Below are positions 19,920 to 29,162 of a DNA stretch of 64,000 bases, piece by piece. The position numbers were made by a program, and so were the translations under genes. Position 1 is the first letter of the stretch; each line of letters opens with the position of its first letter. The notes under the pieces are model-generated. The model saw only the letters and a program-made list of their open reading frames with translations. It did not search any database and was not told the DNA's origin. Source of the DNA: an uncultured delta proteobacterium (GTDB lineage: Bacteria > Desulfobacterota > Binatia > UBA9968); assembly GCA_963816145.1 (NCBI GenBank), contig CAWFJP010000002.1, positions 1-64,000 on the forward strand. Reading direction: 5' to 3'.

Positions 19920-19978
19920 ATCGACGTCGCACCTTTAGCCAGCCAAGGGCACCGAGTGGCTTGAACTGAAGGCGGTCT

Positions 19979-21904
19979 ATGGAGACGAAAAAATCAGATT
20001 TTTCCATAATCTATTTTATGGTTGCCATGGCGGTGATGTTTGTCGCGCAGTATTTTCTGCTGGCCAAACAGCTGGAAACCATTAGCTACAGCCAGTTCAA
20101 GACACTGCTTAAGAAAGGCCAGGTCGCTGAGGTGGTGGTGCGTGACAAGACCATCGGCGGATCGATCAAGAGCGAGGGGTTGAAAGAGATCTTTAGCGCG
20201 GAGAAGATCAAAGAACTTGGCGAAGGCGCGAAAAAACCGCTGGCGTTCCTGGCCGTGCGCGTCGATGATCCAGGGCTTACTGCGGAACTCGAAGAAGCCG
20301 GGATTCCGTTCAAGGGCGAACCCACTAGCGATTGGTTGCCGACGTTGCTCTCTTGGGTTGTGCCGATCGTGCTTTTCTTTGTGCTGTGGAATTTTTTGTT
20401 CAGTCGCATGGGCGGCGGCGCCAGCGGCGGTTTGATGCAGATCGGCAAGAGCAAAGCGAAGGTTTATATCGAGAAATCCACCGGCGTCACTTTCGCCGAT
20501 GTCGAGGGTATCGAAGAAGCAAAGGATGAATTGATCGAGGTTGTCGAGTTTCTCAAACACCCGGAAAAATATCAGCGCTTGGGCGGTCATATTCCCAAGG
20601 GGGTGCTGCTCATCGGTCCTCCCGGCACCGGCAAGACGCTGCTGGCTCGCGCCGTCGCTGGCGAAGCTGGCGTGCCTTTCTTCAGCATAACCGGCTCCGA
20701 TTTCGTCGAGATGTTCGTCGGCGTCGGCGCGGCGCGGGTGCGCGATCTATTCTCCCAGGCCGCCGAGCATGCACCGAGCATTATTTTCATCGACGAACTC
20801 GATGCCCTGGGCAAGGCACGTGGCATGAGCATGCTCAGCAGCCATGACGAACGGGAGCAGACGCTCAATCAGCTGCTCGCCGAAATGGACGGCTTCGACT
20901 CCAATAAAGGCGTGATCTTGATGGCGGCGACCAATCGGCCGGAGACCCTCGATCCGGCGCTGCTCCGTCCGGGACGTTTCGATCGCCAGGTACTGGTCGA
21001 CCGGCCCGACGTCAAAGGCCGCGAGAAAATCCTCCAACTGCACGCCAAGAAAATAAAGCTCTCGCCGGCCGTCGATTTGAGCGTCATTGCTGCCAAGACG
21101 CCGGGATTTGTCGGCGCCGACCTGGCGAACATCGTCAACGAAGCCGCGCTCCTGGCGGCGCGCCAGGGCAAGGATGCGGTGGAGGCGACCGATTTCGACG
21201 AAGCGATTGAAAGAATTGTCGCTGGTTTGCAGAAAAAAAGCCGGGTCATGAGCCCCAAGGAAAAGAAAACCGTCGCGTATCATGAGTCGGGTCACGCGTT
21301 GGTCGCGGAGCTGGTTCCCGGCGCCGATCCGGTGTCGAAAATTTCGATCATACCGCGCGGTCTGGCGGCTTTGGGGTACACCCAGCAAACGCCCACGGAG
21401 GACCGCTACCTGATGACCCGATCGGAATTGCTCGGGCGCATTTACGTGCTACTCGGCGGGCGAGTCGCCGAGGAGATGGTCTTCGAAGACGTTTCCACCG
21501 GCGCTCAGAATGATTTGCAGCGCGCCACCGAAATTGCCCGTACGATGGTCACCCAGTTCGGCATGAGCGAGACCCTGGGACTGGTATCGCTGGAGGGGCC
21601 GCGCCAGCCGCTGTTTTTGCCGATACCGATGCAGAGCACCAAGGAATACAGCGACGACACCGCGCGGGCGATCGATGCGGAGGTCAAACAGATCCTGACT
21701 GTCTGCCACGAAAAGGTGAAGGAAATCCTGGCGGCGCACCGGCCGGCGTTGGAAGAGTTGGCCCAACTGCTGTTGAAGAAGGAAGTCGTCGAGCGGCCCG
21801 AGCTGCAAGCGATTCTGAAAGTTGTCAGCATCGACCGGGCCAAGGAGCGAAAAAAAACCTTCAGCACTGAGGATCGTGAAGGGACGGCAGGTAGCAAGGA
21901 GTAG
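19979..21904 (+). CDS. ftsH: ATP-dependent Zn metalloprotease FtsH
   Basis: 2 TM helices, [28 protein letters not shown]. Confidence 0.97.
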   Translation: METKKSDFSIIYFMVAMAVMFVAQYFLLAKQLETISYSQFKTLLKKGQVAEVVVRDKTIGGSIKSEGLKEIFSAEKIKELGEGAKKPLAFLAVRVDDPGLTAELEEAGIPFKGEPTSDWLPTLLSWVVPIVLFFVLWNFLFSRMGGGASGGLMQIGKSKAKVYIEKSTGVTFADVEGIEEAKDELIEVVEFLKHPEKYQRLGGHIPKGVLLIGPPGTGKTLLARAVAGEAGVPFFSITGSDFVEMFVGVGAARVRDLFSQAAEHAPSIIFIDELDALGKARGMSMLSSHDEREQTLNQLLAEMDGFDSNKGVILMAATNRPETLDPALLRPGRFDRQVLVDRPDVKGREKILQLHAKKIKLSPAVDLSVIAAKTPGFVGADLANIVNEAALLAARQGKDAVEATDFDEAIERIVAGLQKKSRVMSPKEKKTVAYHESGHALVAELVPGADPVSKISIIPRGLAALGYTQQTPTEDRYLMTRSELLGRIYVLLGGRVAEEMVFEDVSTGAQNDLQRATEIARTMVTQFGMSETLGLVSLEGPRQPLFLPIPMQSTKEYSDDTARAIDAEVKQILTVCHEKVKEILAAHRPALEELAQLLLKKEVVERPELQAILKVVSIDRAKERKKTFSTEDREGTAGSKE

Positions 21905-22151
21905 GGCGATGCGCGGCGGGATTACATTGTCTATCAGCCAACCTATCAGCTCATGCACTGGCGAACTGCCTGGACAATTTCTTTTTCGCCGGCCGAGCTT
22001 GTTTGTCTGGCCTACGGCTGGACTACCGTTTCCGGGACGAGATCGATTGGCGATTACTAGTTTTGCGAATCGGCGCGACATGGTTGAGTCAAAAGTCTTT
22101 AAGAGTCGGTGCGATCGAATGGTATGGGCAGTGCACACTTGAGAGGTCATC

Positions 22152-22895
22152 ATGAAGAATAAAATCATCCTACTGACTGGTCTCAGCCTGGCGCTGTTAT
22201 TGTGTGGCACTTCGCCTCGCGCGCTGCTCGCCTATGAGGAAATCGTCGTCAAAGATGGAGCGACAATTCGGGGCACCGTGATGGTTGAGGGTAAGCTTGG
22301 GAAGCTCCCGGCGCTGCAGGTGACTAAGTACAAGGAAGTCTGTAAGGACGTGCCCAACGAAAGTCTCGTTGTCGGCCCGGGGCAGGGGTTGCGCTACGCG
22401 GTGATCACCTTGGAAGGAATCGTCAGAGGAAAAGCGGTGGAAAAAGAAACTCTCCACGAGCTTGACAACCTTCACTGCCGATTTATGCCTCACGTCTTAG
22501 CGGCGAGCGTGGGTCAGTTCGTCGTGTTAAAGAATTCCGATCCGATCCTGCACACGGCCCATGCATCCTTTAGCAGCGCCGAACAACCGCAGTTCAATGT
22601 CGGGTTGTATCCTGGGCGGGTTAGCCGCAAACCGTTGATTACCGCCGGTGTCGTCAAGATCCGCTGCGAAGTTCATCCCTGGATGGCCGCGTACATCGTG
22701 GTTACCGAGCATCCCTATCACGCAATATCGGATATCTATGGCGAGTACGAGCTCACTGACGTTCCAGCGGGAGTTTATCAACTGAAGGTGTGGCACGAGA
22801 GTTTAGGGACGCAAGAGAAGCGTCTCGAGGTAAAGCCGGCCGCGACACAAAAGGTAGATTTTAACTTTACCGCGCCGCTGGGGGTGAAAAAATGA
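22152..22895 (+). CDS. Exported cupredoxin-like / carboxypeptidase-regulatory-like domain protein
   Basis: Signal peptide; NSDPILHTAH...CEVHPWM (type-1 Cu-like His/Cys/His/Met). Confidence 0.75.
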   Translation: MKNKIILLTGLSLALLLCGTSPRALLAYEEIVVKDGATIRGTVMVEGKLGKLPALQVTKYKEVCKDVPNESLVVGPGQGLRYAVITLEGIVRGKAVEKETLHELDNLHCRFMPHVLAASVGQFVVLKNSDPILHTAHASFSSAEQPQFNVGLYPGRVSRKPLITAGVVKIRCEVHPWMAAYIVVTEHPYHAISDIYGEYELTDVPAGVYQLKVWHESLGTQEKRLEVKPAATQKVDFNFTAPLGVKK

Positions 22896-23518
22896 AAAGC
22901 TTAACCTCGTGGTTGTTGGTCGCCGTGCTTGTCGGTCTGCCTTCGGTTGCGCGCGCCGCGGAGGCGAGTGGTTTCGGCATCGTCAAGGGGACGATTACCA
23001 TCGCCGGCAAACCGGCCCCTGATGCTGTTGTCTCCATAGAAGGTCTTTCGAAGGAGCAGATCAAAACCCAGATGTCGCACACCAAGCCGCAGAAAAAAAT
23101 CATCGATCAACGCAACCTTAAGTTTCTTCCGACAGTTGCCGCGATTACGGTCGGTGAGACCGTTGATTTTCCAAACAACGACAAGTCCTGGCACAATGTG
23201 TATTCCAAAGGCGGCGCGAACGATTTCGATCTCGGCCTCTACGCCCCAGGTAAGACTCGAAGCAAGAAATTCGACAAGGTTGGCGTTTCACGCATTCTGT
23301 GTAACGCCCACCCGAATATGGAAGCCTTCGTGGTCGTGAAAGATCATCCTTTTTATTCTGCGACCGATAGCCGGGGTAATTACGAGATCAAAAACGTTCC
23401 CTTGGGTAAGGTTCGCGTCGAGGTTTGGTATCCCAATCTCGAAGTTACAAGTGAAACCGTCGAAATTGTCCGCGACGGCGAGGTCTTTGCGCTCAACGTC
23501 GATCTAAAGAATCGCTAG
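22892..23518 (+). CDS. Exported cupredoxin-like / carboxypeptidase-regulatory-like domain protein
   Basis: Signal peptide; FPNND..HNVYS...CNAHPNM; ATGA overlap with the previous gene. Confidence 0.75.
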   Translation: MKSLTSWLLVAVLVGLPSVARAAEASGFGIVKGTITIAGKPAPDAVVSIEGLSKEQIKTQMSHTKPQKKIIDQRNLKFLPTVAAITVGETVDFPNNDKSWHNVYSKGGANDFDLGLYAPGKTRSKKFDKVGVSRILCNAHPNMEAFVVVKDHPFYSATDSRGNYEIKNVPLGKVRVEVWYPNLEVTSETVEIVRDGEVFALNVDLKNR

Positions 23519-23838
23519 TTCATGAAACACCGGCTCAGCAGTGGGGAAACATTTTGCACTAATTCTAGCTGCGCTGTAGAGCGCTTCCACAGAGCGGATC
23601 CTAACTAAAATGAAAAGCCGCAAGATGTTTCCCCCATTTGATAAGACACCCAAAAATCTTATGGCGCCGGCGCCGCATCGGCTTTTAATCAAGTGTATGA
23701 GAGAAAGACAAACTTCCAAGGATTGAAGCCCAAGACAGCAACACCGGTTTGGTAGGGAACTGCCGATGACTTTGACGCTAAAACCCAAAAGCATGAAATT
23801 GACCGCAGTGGAGTCAACGCGGCCGAGGTTGATCCAAA

Positions 23839-24162
23839 ATGATGTTGACTCGTGGCGCTGACTCTCGGAGTGAATCGGCCGCCGGCGGGATTGGCGCCTC
23901 GCGCAAGCCGCCAAATATAACCGTCGCCGAACAGCGAGTGCTCAGCCTCGTCTCCAGAGCCTGGACCAACAAAGAAATCGCGTCGGCATTAGGAATAAGT
24001 CCGGCCACGGTCAAGCGCCACGTAGAAAAAATTCTGACCAAGCTTGGCTTTCGCAATCGGGTTGAAGTTGCGATCTACGGGTTCACTTCTGGCTGTCCGC
24101 ATCGATCGATCTCCGGTTGCGCGCTGCGTCAGTTCATGCAAGATAGCCCAGTCAGTCGATAG
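23839..24162 (+). CDS. LuxR-type HTH-only transcriptional regulator
   Basis: TVAEQRVLSLV...TNKEIASALGISPATVKRHVEKILTKLG..NR. Confidence 0.85.
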   Translation: MMLTRGADSRSESAAGGIGASRKPPNITVAEQRVLSLVSRAWTNKEIASALGISPATVKRHVEKILTKLGFRNRVEVAIYGFTSGCPHRSISGCALRQFMQDSPVSR

Positions 24163-24211
24163 CCATGGGCCGATTGCCCGATGGTTTTGCGTTGCCAAGC
24201 AATGCTATAAA
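24163..24211 (+). promoter_or_regulatory. 22-bp imperfect palindrome plus extended -10 (candidate activator-dependent sigma-70 promoter 1)
   Basis: CCATGGGCC-GATT-GCCCGATGG (24163-24184); 21 nt later TATAAA preceded by CAATGC. Confidence 0.6.
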
Positions 24212-24270
24212 CGAGTCATTCGTTCGGTTTGAGATTCAAACTGCCAAACTAATCGACGCAGGAGAGATCA

Positions 24271-25374
24271 ATGAGCAAAATTCGTTGGTGCGGGATCGTT
24301 TTCGCTAGTTTGCTGTTTTGTCTTTTGGGTTGGAACCCTGCAGAAGCGCAGAATAGCATTCTTCCGAAAGGCTGCGTCGATTGCCATGGCTCGGAGCCGA
24401 AGTTCCCTGTGCGCGGGATCCGCAGCCAATATCAGACCTCCGGCCATCGGACCCTTGGCAATGCCAGTTATGCCAACGCCGATGATTGCCAAGGCTGCCA
24501 CACCAACGAAGGTTTTATCCAGCGCGCCAAGACCGGTACGGTCGATATTAAGAAATTTGTCGCCAATCCTTCTGAGATCGGCTGTTTCACCTGTCATGCG
24601 CCGCATGACAACGGCAACTTCGCGCTGCGCGCGACCAACAAAGTGACACTCGCCAATGGCGCAACGTTCGACAAAGATAAAGGCAACCTATGCGCCAGTT
24701 GTCACCGCGCCCGGCGCATGCCCAAAGACGAAGTCCGCGCCCGCAATATTCCCACTGATAGTTGGGGCGCGCACCATGGTCCCCAGGCGGACATGCTGGC
24801 GGGAACCAACGCCTATGAATTCGCCGGCAAGAAATACTCGTTCTCTGCCCATACGGCGATGCCCAATGCAACTTGCGTCACTTGCCATATGACCTTGCCA
24901 AGTGGCCGTTATTCTCTAGCGCCATCGCTCGGCGGCCATAGCTTTCGGATCGCTGGCGAGGTCCATGAAGAGCATAAAGTAAATACTGCGGGCTGCACGA
25001 CCTCGGGCTGCCATGGCGCCATGGAGCAGGTAAAGGGCACGCACTATTTCGCCAAGGCCGCGGCGCAGGATTACGACGGGGATGGCAAGCTTGAGAGCGC
25101 GCAGGAAGAGGTCCAAGGGTTACTGGAGAAATTCGTCAACGGCAAAGGCAGCGGTATTTTCCAGACGATGAAGGAGCCGATGTACGACGCCAAAGGCAAT
25201 TTCGTCAATACCAAGACGCAGTACCCGGTCGATGCCGTGGCCGCGCTTTATAATTACAAATTTGTTCTCGAAGATCGCAGCAAGGGCGTGCACAATCTTA
25301 CCTATGCCGTGCAGCTCCTGATGGACTCATTGAAGGCACTGGACAAAAATTTTGACGACTCGACGCGTCCTTGA
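24271..25374 (+). CDS. Periplasmic multiheme cytochrome c (5 CxxCH plus one CX4CH)
   Basis: CVDCH, CQGCH, CFTCH, CASCH, CVTCH, CTTSGCH; Sec signal ending AEA; C-terminal SKGVHN..YA helix region reminiscent of the c552/NrfA fold. Confidence 0.88.
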   Translation: MSKIRWCGIVFASLLFCLLGWNPAEAQNSILPKGCVDCHGSEPKFPVRGIRSQYQTSGHRTLGNASYANADDCQGCHTNEGFIQRAKTGTVDIKKFVANPSEIGCFTCHAPHDNGNFALRATNKVTLANGATFDKDKGNLCASCHRARRMPKDEVRARNIPTDSWGAHHGPQADMLAGTNAYEFAGKKYSFSAHTAMPNATCVTCHMTLPSGRYSLAPSLGGHSFRIAGEVHEEHKVNTAGCTTSGCHGAMEQVKGTHYFAKAAAQDYDGDGKLESAQEEVQGLLEKFVNGKGSGIFQTMKEPMYDAKGNFVNTKTQYPVDAVAALYNYKFVLEDRSKGVHNLTYAVQLLMDSLKALDKNFDDSTRP

Positions 25375-25726
25375 CGCCGAGGCCTACGCCTGCGCATCAG
25401 TTGAGGTTGCTTCAGGGATGATCAGCGGCACGCGGATGCACGAGCCGCGGCTTCAGTTATAAGAGCTCTGCCGTAACGGGTTCGGTGCAACAGTCGGTGC
25501 TGGCGTTTCGCTTCAGCCAGGAGCGAAAAATAATAAGGTTGCGTCGGACCCGTTCAGAATTCCCGCATCACCCAACGCCAAATCGTAAAACAATCCCGAC
25601 AGATCCCAGGTTGCGAAATCGCGTCTAAGCGGCGATCTACGACTAGGCCGCAATGGTTGATGCGCCGAGTCGAGTTACGGCTGGGGTTGGCAAAAACTGC
25701 TTGCTGGATGCGGAGCTGCTGTGCGA

Positions 25727-25775
25727 CTGTGGGCCATATGACCCATAGACACGCGCGAAATTTCAATGCTATAAG
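25727..25775 (+). promoter_or_regulatory. 22-bp imperfect palindrome plus extended -10 (candidate activator-dependent sigma-70 promoter 2)
   Basis: CTGTGGGCC-ATAT-GACCCATAG (25727-25748); 21 nt later TATAAG preceded by CAATGC. Confidence 0.6.
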
Positions 25776-25830
25776 CTTTAAAAATTCTGTAGTTGAGATC
25801 AATTTTCTCAGTCTGAGAGATGGGGGCGTC

Positions 25831-26802
25831 ATGAGGCGAATGGTCTTTTTGCTGGCAGCCTGTTTGTTATTGCACGGCTTTTCGCAATTGGCGTTGTCAG
25901 CGGAGCAGGAGGCGCCAAAGTCGGGCCCCGTCGCTGAGGCGCCAAAGTCAGGCCCCGCGACATATGTTGGCAATGAAGTTTGCCAGGCCTGTCACGCTCC
26001 CGCCTTCGAGAAATTTTCCCAGACGCAGATGGGCAAGATTTTTCTCTTCAATGCGCGCAACGAAGCTGAGAAGCGGGCATGCGAAAGCTGTCACGGCCCC
26101 GGCAGCAATCACGTCGCCGCCGGTGGCGGTAGAGGTGTGGGCGGCCTAATCACCTTTCGCAAAAATTCGGGTGAATCCGCCAAGGTCCAAAACGACGCAT
26201 GTCTTGGGTGTCATCAGCGCGGCATTCAGACCTATTGGGCAGCGAGCCCGCATGCGAACCGAGGCCTTTCCTGCGTCAATTGCCATACCCTGATGGAAAA
26301 AACCAGCGGCAAACAGTTGGCCAAGCTTACCGAAGTCACGCCATTCTTTATCAATCGAGCGGAGACCGAAGTATGCGGTCAGTGCCATCTGCAACGTAGA
26401 GCGCAGCTCATGCGCTCGTCGCACATGCCGGTGCGAGAAGGCAAGCTGACCTGCACGAGTTGCCACAACCCGCACGGGACGCCCAATCCGGCCCAGCTCA
26501 AACAAACGAGCGTGAACGAAAACTGCTATACCTGCCACACCGAGCGGCGCGGGCCGTTTCTATACGAACATCCGCCGACGGTTGATAGTTGTACCAACTG
26601 TCACGAGCCGCATGGGACAGTCAATGACCGGCTGCTCAAAGTTACTGATCCTAGAATGTGCACGCAGTGCCATATGATTACCGGGCACCCGGTGACTCCG
26701 CGGGGTAAAAACTCGGTTTTCTTCTTTAATCGGAGCTGCACCAACTGTCATAGCCAGATACATGGTTCCAACCATCCCTCTGGGAGATTCTTTACCCGTT
26801 AA
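25831..26802 (+). CDS. mtrA: DmsE/MtrA/MtoA/PioA-family decaheme cytochrome c
   Basis: Ten CxxCH motifs, RGPFLYEHPP, C-terminal HGSNHPSG; directly followed by an MtrB-like porin. Confidence 0.93.
   Translation: MRRMVFLLAACLLLHGFSQLALSAEQEAPKSGPVAEAPKSGPATYVGNEVCQACHAPAFEKFSQTQMGKIFLFNARNEAEKRACESCHGPGSNHVAAGGGRGVGGLITFRKNSGESAKVQNDACLGCHQRGIQTYWAASPHANRGLSCVNCHTLMEKTSGKQLAKLTEVTPFFINRAETEVCGQCHLQRRAQLMRSSHMPVREGKLTCTSCHNPHGTPNPAQLKQTSVNENCYTCHTERRGPFLYEHPPTVDSCTNCHEPHGTVNDRLLKVTDPRMCTQCHMITGHPVTPRGKNSVFFFNRSCTNCHSQIHGSNHPSGRFFTR
25909..25957 (+). repeat. 27-bp in-frame tandem duplication (EAPKSGP x2)
   Basis: GAGGCGCCAAAGTCGGGCCCCG at 25909 and GAGGCGCCAAAGTCAGGCCCCG at 25936. Confidence 0.9.
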
Positions 26803-26813
26803 GGAGTCGTACG

Positions 26814-29096
26814 ATGGAAAAATCAAGGAGATTTGTTGTCCCAGCCCTTAGCTTTGCGCTGATCATGTTTTTGACGTCCGCTGCCTTGGGACAAATAAAT
26901 ATCGGTGATTATACCGTGAGCGGTTCGGCGGAAGTTGGCGGGCTGCCGAGAACGTTTAGCGGCGACAAAGCGAAGTTTGAAGAATACCGAGATGTCCCAG
27001 AGAGCGTTATCGTTCCTCAGCTGCAACTCATGATCGGCGGCAAGAAGGAGGATTTTTATCTTAACGCTGACGCCGCCAAGGTGGGTCGTAACGACCAGAA
27101 CTATATACTTCGCTTTGGCCGATATGGGCTTCTCGATGTGGAATTTGAGTGGGATCAAATCCCGCATCGTTTTAGCGAGGGGGTTGCCAAGACGCCGTAT
27201 ATTTCCTCTAACAACGGCGGGACGCTTACTCTTCCCTCCAGGCCAAACCCATTAACAGCCCCAAACAATTGCGCAAACATCACATCAGTCTGCGGATGGG
27301 TCAATAGCACCGCTCAGCCTATCGATCTATCGCTTTACAACGGCATTGCTCGGGTGAATGTTAAATATACGCCCACCCCCGGATGGACCTTTACCGGGGG
27401 CTACTGGTCAAATCACAACGTTGGCCAGCGGGCCTTCGGCGCCCTCTTTGGCCCCAGTCCCGGTTCCTACAATATTAGCGAGCTAATCGAACCGATAGAT
27501 TACCAAACCAATAATGTCGAACTGGGAGGCGAATACGCAGGAAACGGCTGGACGCTGGCGCTAAAATACAATGGCTCTTATTTTCACAACAGCGTCAGCA
27601 CTCTGATATGGGATAATCCCATTCATACGGCGCCTGGTGGCGTATGTAGGGACTCGGCAACCTACAACAATTCTCTCGGAACTGGCCCTTGCCGCGGACG
27701 CATGGATTTATATCCCAGCAATCAGGCCCATACAATTTCTCTCACGGGGACCGCGCAGCTTCCTCTCAAGACCCGTTTTTTGGGAACGATGTCCTACGGT
27801 TGGCGATTGCAAGACGATTCCTTTCTGCCGTTTACGATCAATAGCGCAATCACTCAGCCGTCAATTTCTCGAAACAGTCTCGATGGCAATGTGCAGCCGC
27901 TGATGATCAACGCCACCCTGGTGAACAATGCCATAGACCGCCTGAACCTTAAGGCCTATTACCGTTTTTACAATCTCGACAATAACAGTAAGAGCGTGGC
28001 ATTTAACCAAGGTATCATTGTCAACGACCAGGCGCCTGCGGGCTGTCCCCCGGCTTGTCCTGACGCTGGTACGCAAAGCATCCCCTACCAGTATTCAACC
28101 CAGAATTTAGGCATGGAGGCCGGCTACGATTTCACCCGCTGGATTTCCACCAAGTTTGTCTACAATTGGCAGCGAAGGCACACGGACAACCAGGATGTCT
28201 TGACCTCGGATGAATTCACCATCGGCCCTACGGTCGATATCAAGCCGACCAATTGGGTCTTGTTCAGGGCGGCTTACAAACACTCTTGGCGTAACGCGCC
28301 GGATTACAACAATAACCGGGAAGAGGTGGTCGATATCGCCAATATTTCGCGCAAGTTTTACCTGGCCAAGCGTGACCGCGACAAGGTCAGCTTGTACTCG
28401 GAAATTTCACCATGGGAACGGGTCAGTTTCCATGCCGGCTTTGATTTCACCGGCGAAACATATCTGGATAGCACATTAGGAACTCAAAACGATTTTAACT
28501 ATTCTCCTTCTGTGGGGGTTCTCTATACGCCGGCGGATTGGGTCAAATTATTTGCCAACTACAATTTTGACCTCTACAGCTGGAAGTTGGATGCCATGCA
28601 GCGCTCGAGCACGGCGCAAGATCCCAACGATCCCAACCCACCGAGCAATTGTAACGCCGACTGCGTGCGGCGGCTTTGGACCAGCCGCGGCAAAGATAAG
28701 TCCCATACATTCAGCATCGGCAGCGATCTGGATATCATTCGCAATCTTTTAGGATTTCGCATTCAGTACACATTCTCGCAGGGTCTGAGCCAAGTGCACG
28801 CCAGCGGTGCGGGCTGTACGGGATGCACCGCCGCCACCGATTATCCCAATATTACCAACACCTGGCAGGAGGTGTTGGCGCGTTTTGAATATCAATTGCA
28901 CAAGAATATTGCGCTAAATTTTGGCTACTATTTCAATCGCTACAAGCAAAAAGACTACGGCGTGGATATCATGAAACCGTGGATGGGCGATGTCGACACC
29001 GGCGTCAACGTCCAGCGCTCGATCTTCTTGGGCGATAAAAACAAGGGTAATTATACCGCTAATGTTGGTTTTCTGACGGTTAAGCTCAAATTCTGA
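26814..29096 (+). CDS. mtrB: MtrB/MtoB/PioB-family outer-membrane beta-barrel porin
   Basis: AKFEEYRD, EPIDYQT, LIWDNP and PSNQAH motifs; alternating beta pattern; terminal Phe. Confidence 0.92.
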   Translation: MEKSRRFVVPALSFALIMFLTSAALGQINIGDYTVSGSAEVGGLPRTFSGDKAKFEEYRDVPESVIVPQLQLMIGGKKEDFYLNADAAKVGRNDQNYILRFGRYGLLDVEFEWDQIPHRFSEGVAKTPYISSNNGGTLTLPSRPNPLTAPNNCANITSVCGWVNSTAQPIDLSLYNGIARVNVKYTPTPGWTFTGGYWSNHNVGQRAFGALFGPSPGSYNISELIEPIDYQTNNVELGGEYAGNGWTLALKYNGSYFHNSVSTLIWDNPIHTAPGGVCRDSATYNNSLGTGPCRGRMDLYPSNQAHTISLTGTAQLPLKTRFLGTMSYGWRLQDDSFLPFTINSAITQPSISRNSLDGNVQPLMINATLVNNAIDRLNLKAYYRFYNLDNNSKSVAFNQGIIVNDQAPAGCPPACPDAGTQSIPYQYSTQNLGMEAGYDFTRWISTKFVYNWQRRHTDNQDVLTSDEFTIGPTVDIKPTNWVLFRAAYKHSWRNAPDYNNNREEVVDIANISRKFYLAKRDRDKVSLYSEISPWERVSFHAGFDFTGETYLDSTLGTQNDFNYSPSVGVLYTPADWVKLFANYNFDLYSWKLDAMQRSSTAQDPNDPNPPSNCNADCVRRLWTSRGKDKSHTFSIGSDLDIIRNLLGFRIQYTFSQGLSQVHASGAGCTGCTAATDYPNITNTWQEVLARFEYQLHKNIALNFGYYFNRYKQKDYGVDIMKPWMGDVDTGVNVQRSIFLGDKNKGNYTANVGFLTVKLKF

Positions 29097-29162
29097 ACGC
29101 TGCGCTTGTTCTAAGGCGAGTATCGACGTTGCGGCGGGCGAGCTTTTTTTTTGTGGTCGCCG

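Noticed and set aside
22120-22135. Sigma-54-like TGGTATGGGCAGTGCA before the cupredoxin genes
   Set aside because: The predicted TSS (~22146) would cut the RBS of ATG 22152; not counted among the nine.
24271-25374. Calling the multiheme protein NrfA or MtrC
   Set aside because: No CxxCK active-site motif, no lipobox, and the wrong heme count for MtrC.
25657-25830. N-terminal extensions in the ORF track (also 16799-16984, 36317-36550, 47346-47465, 61239-61415)
   Set aside because: Downstream starts have an RBS and/or a signal peptide or family N-terminus; the extensions overlap promoters or neighbouring genes.
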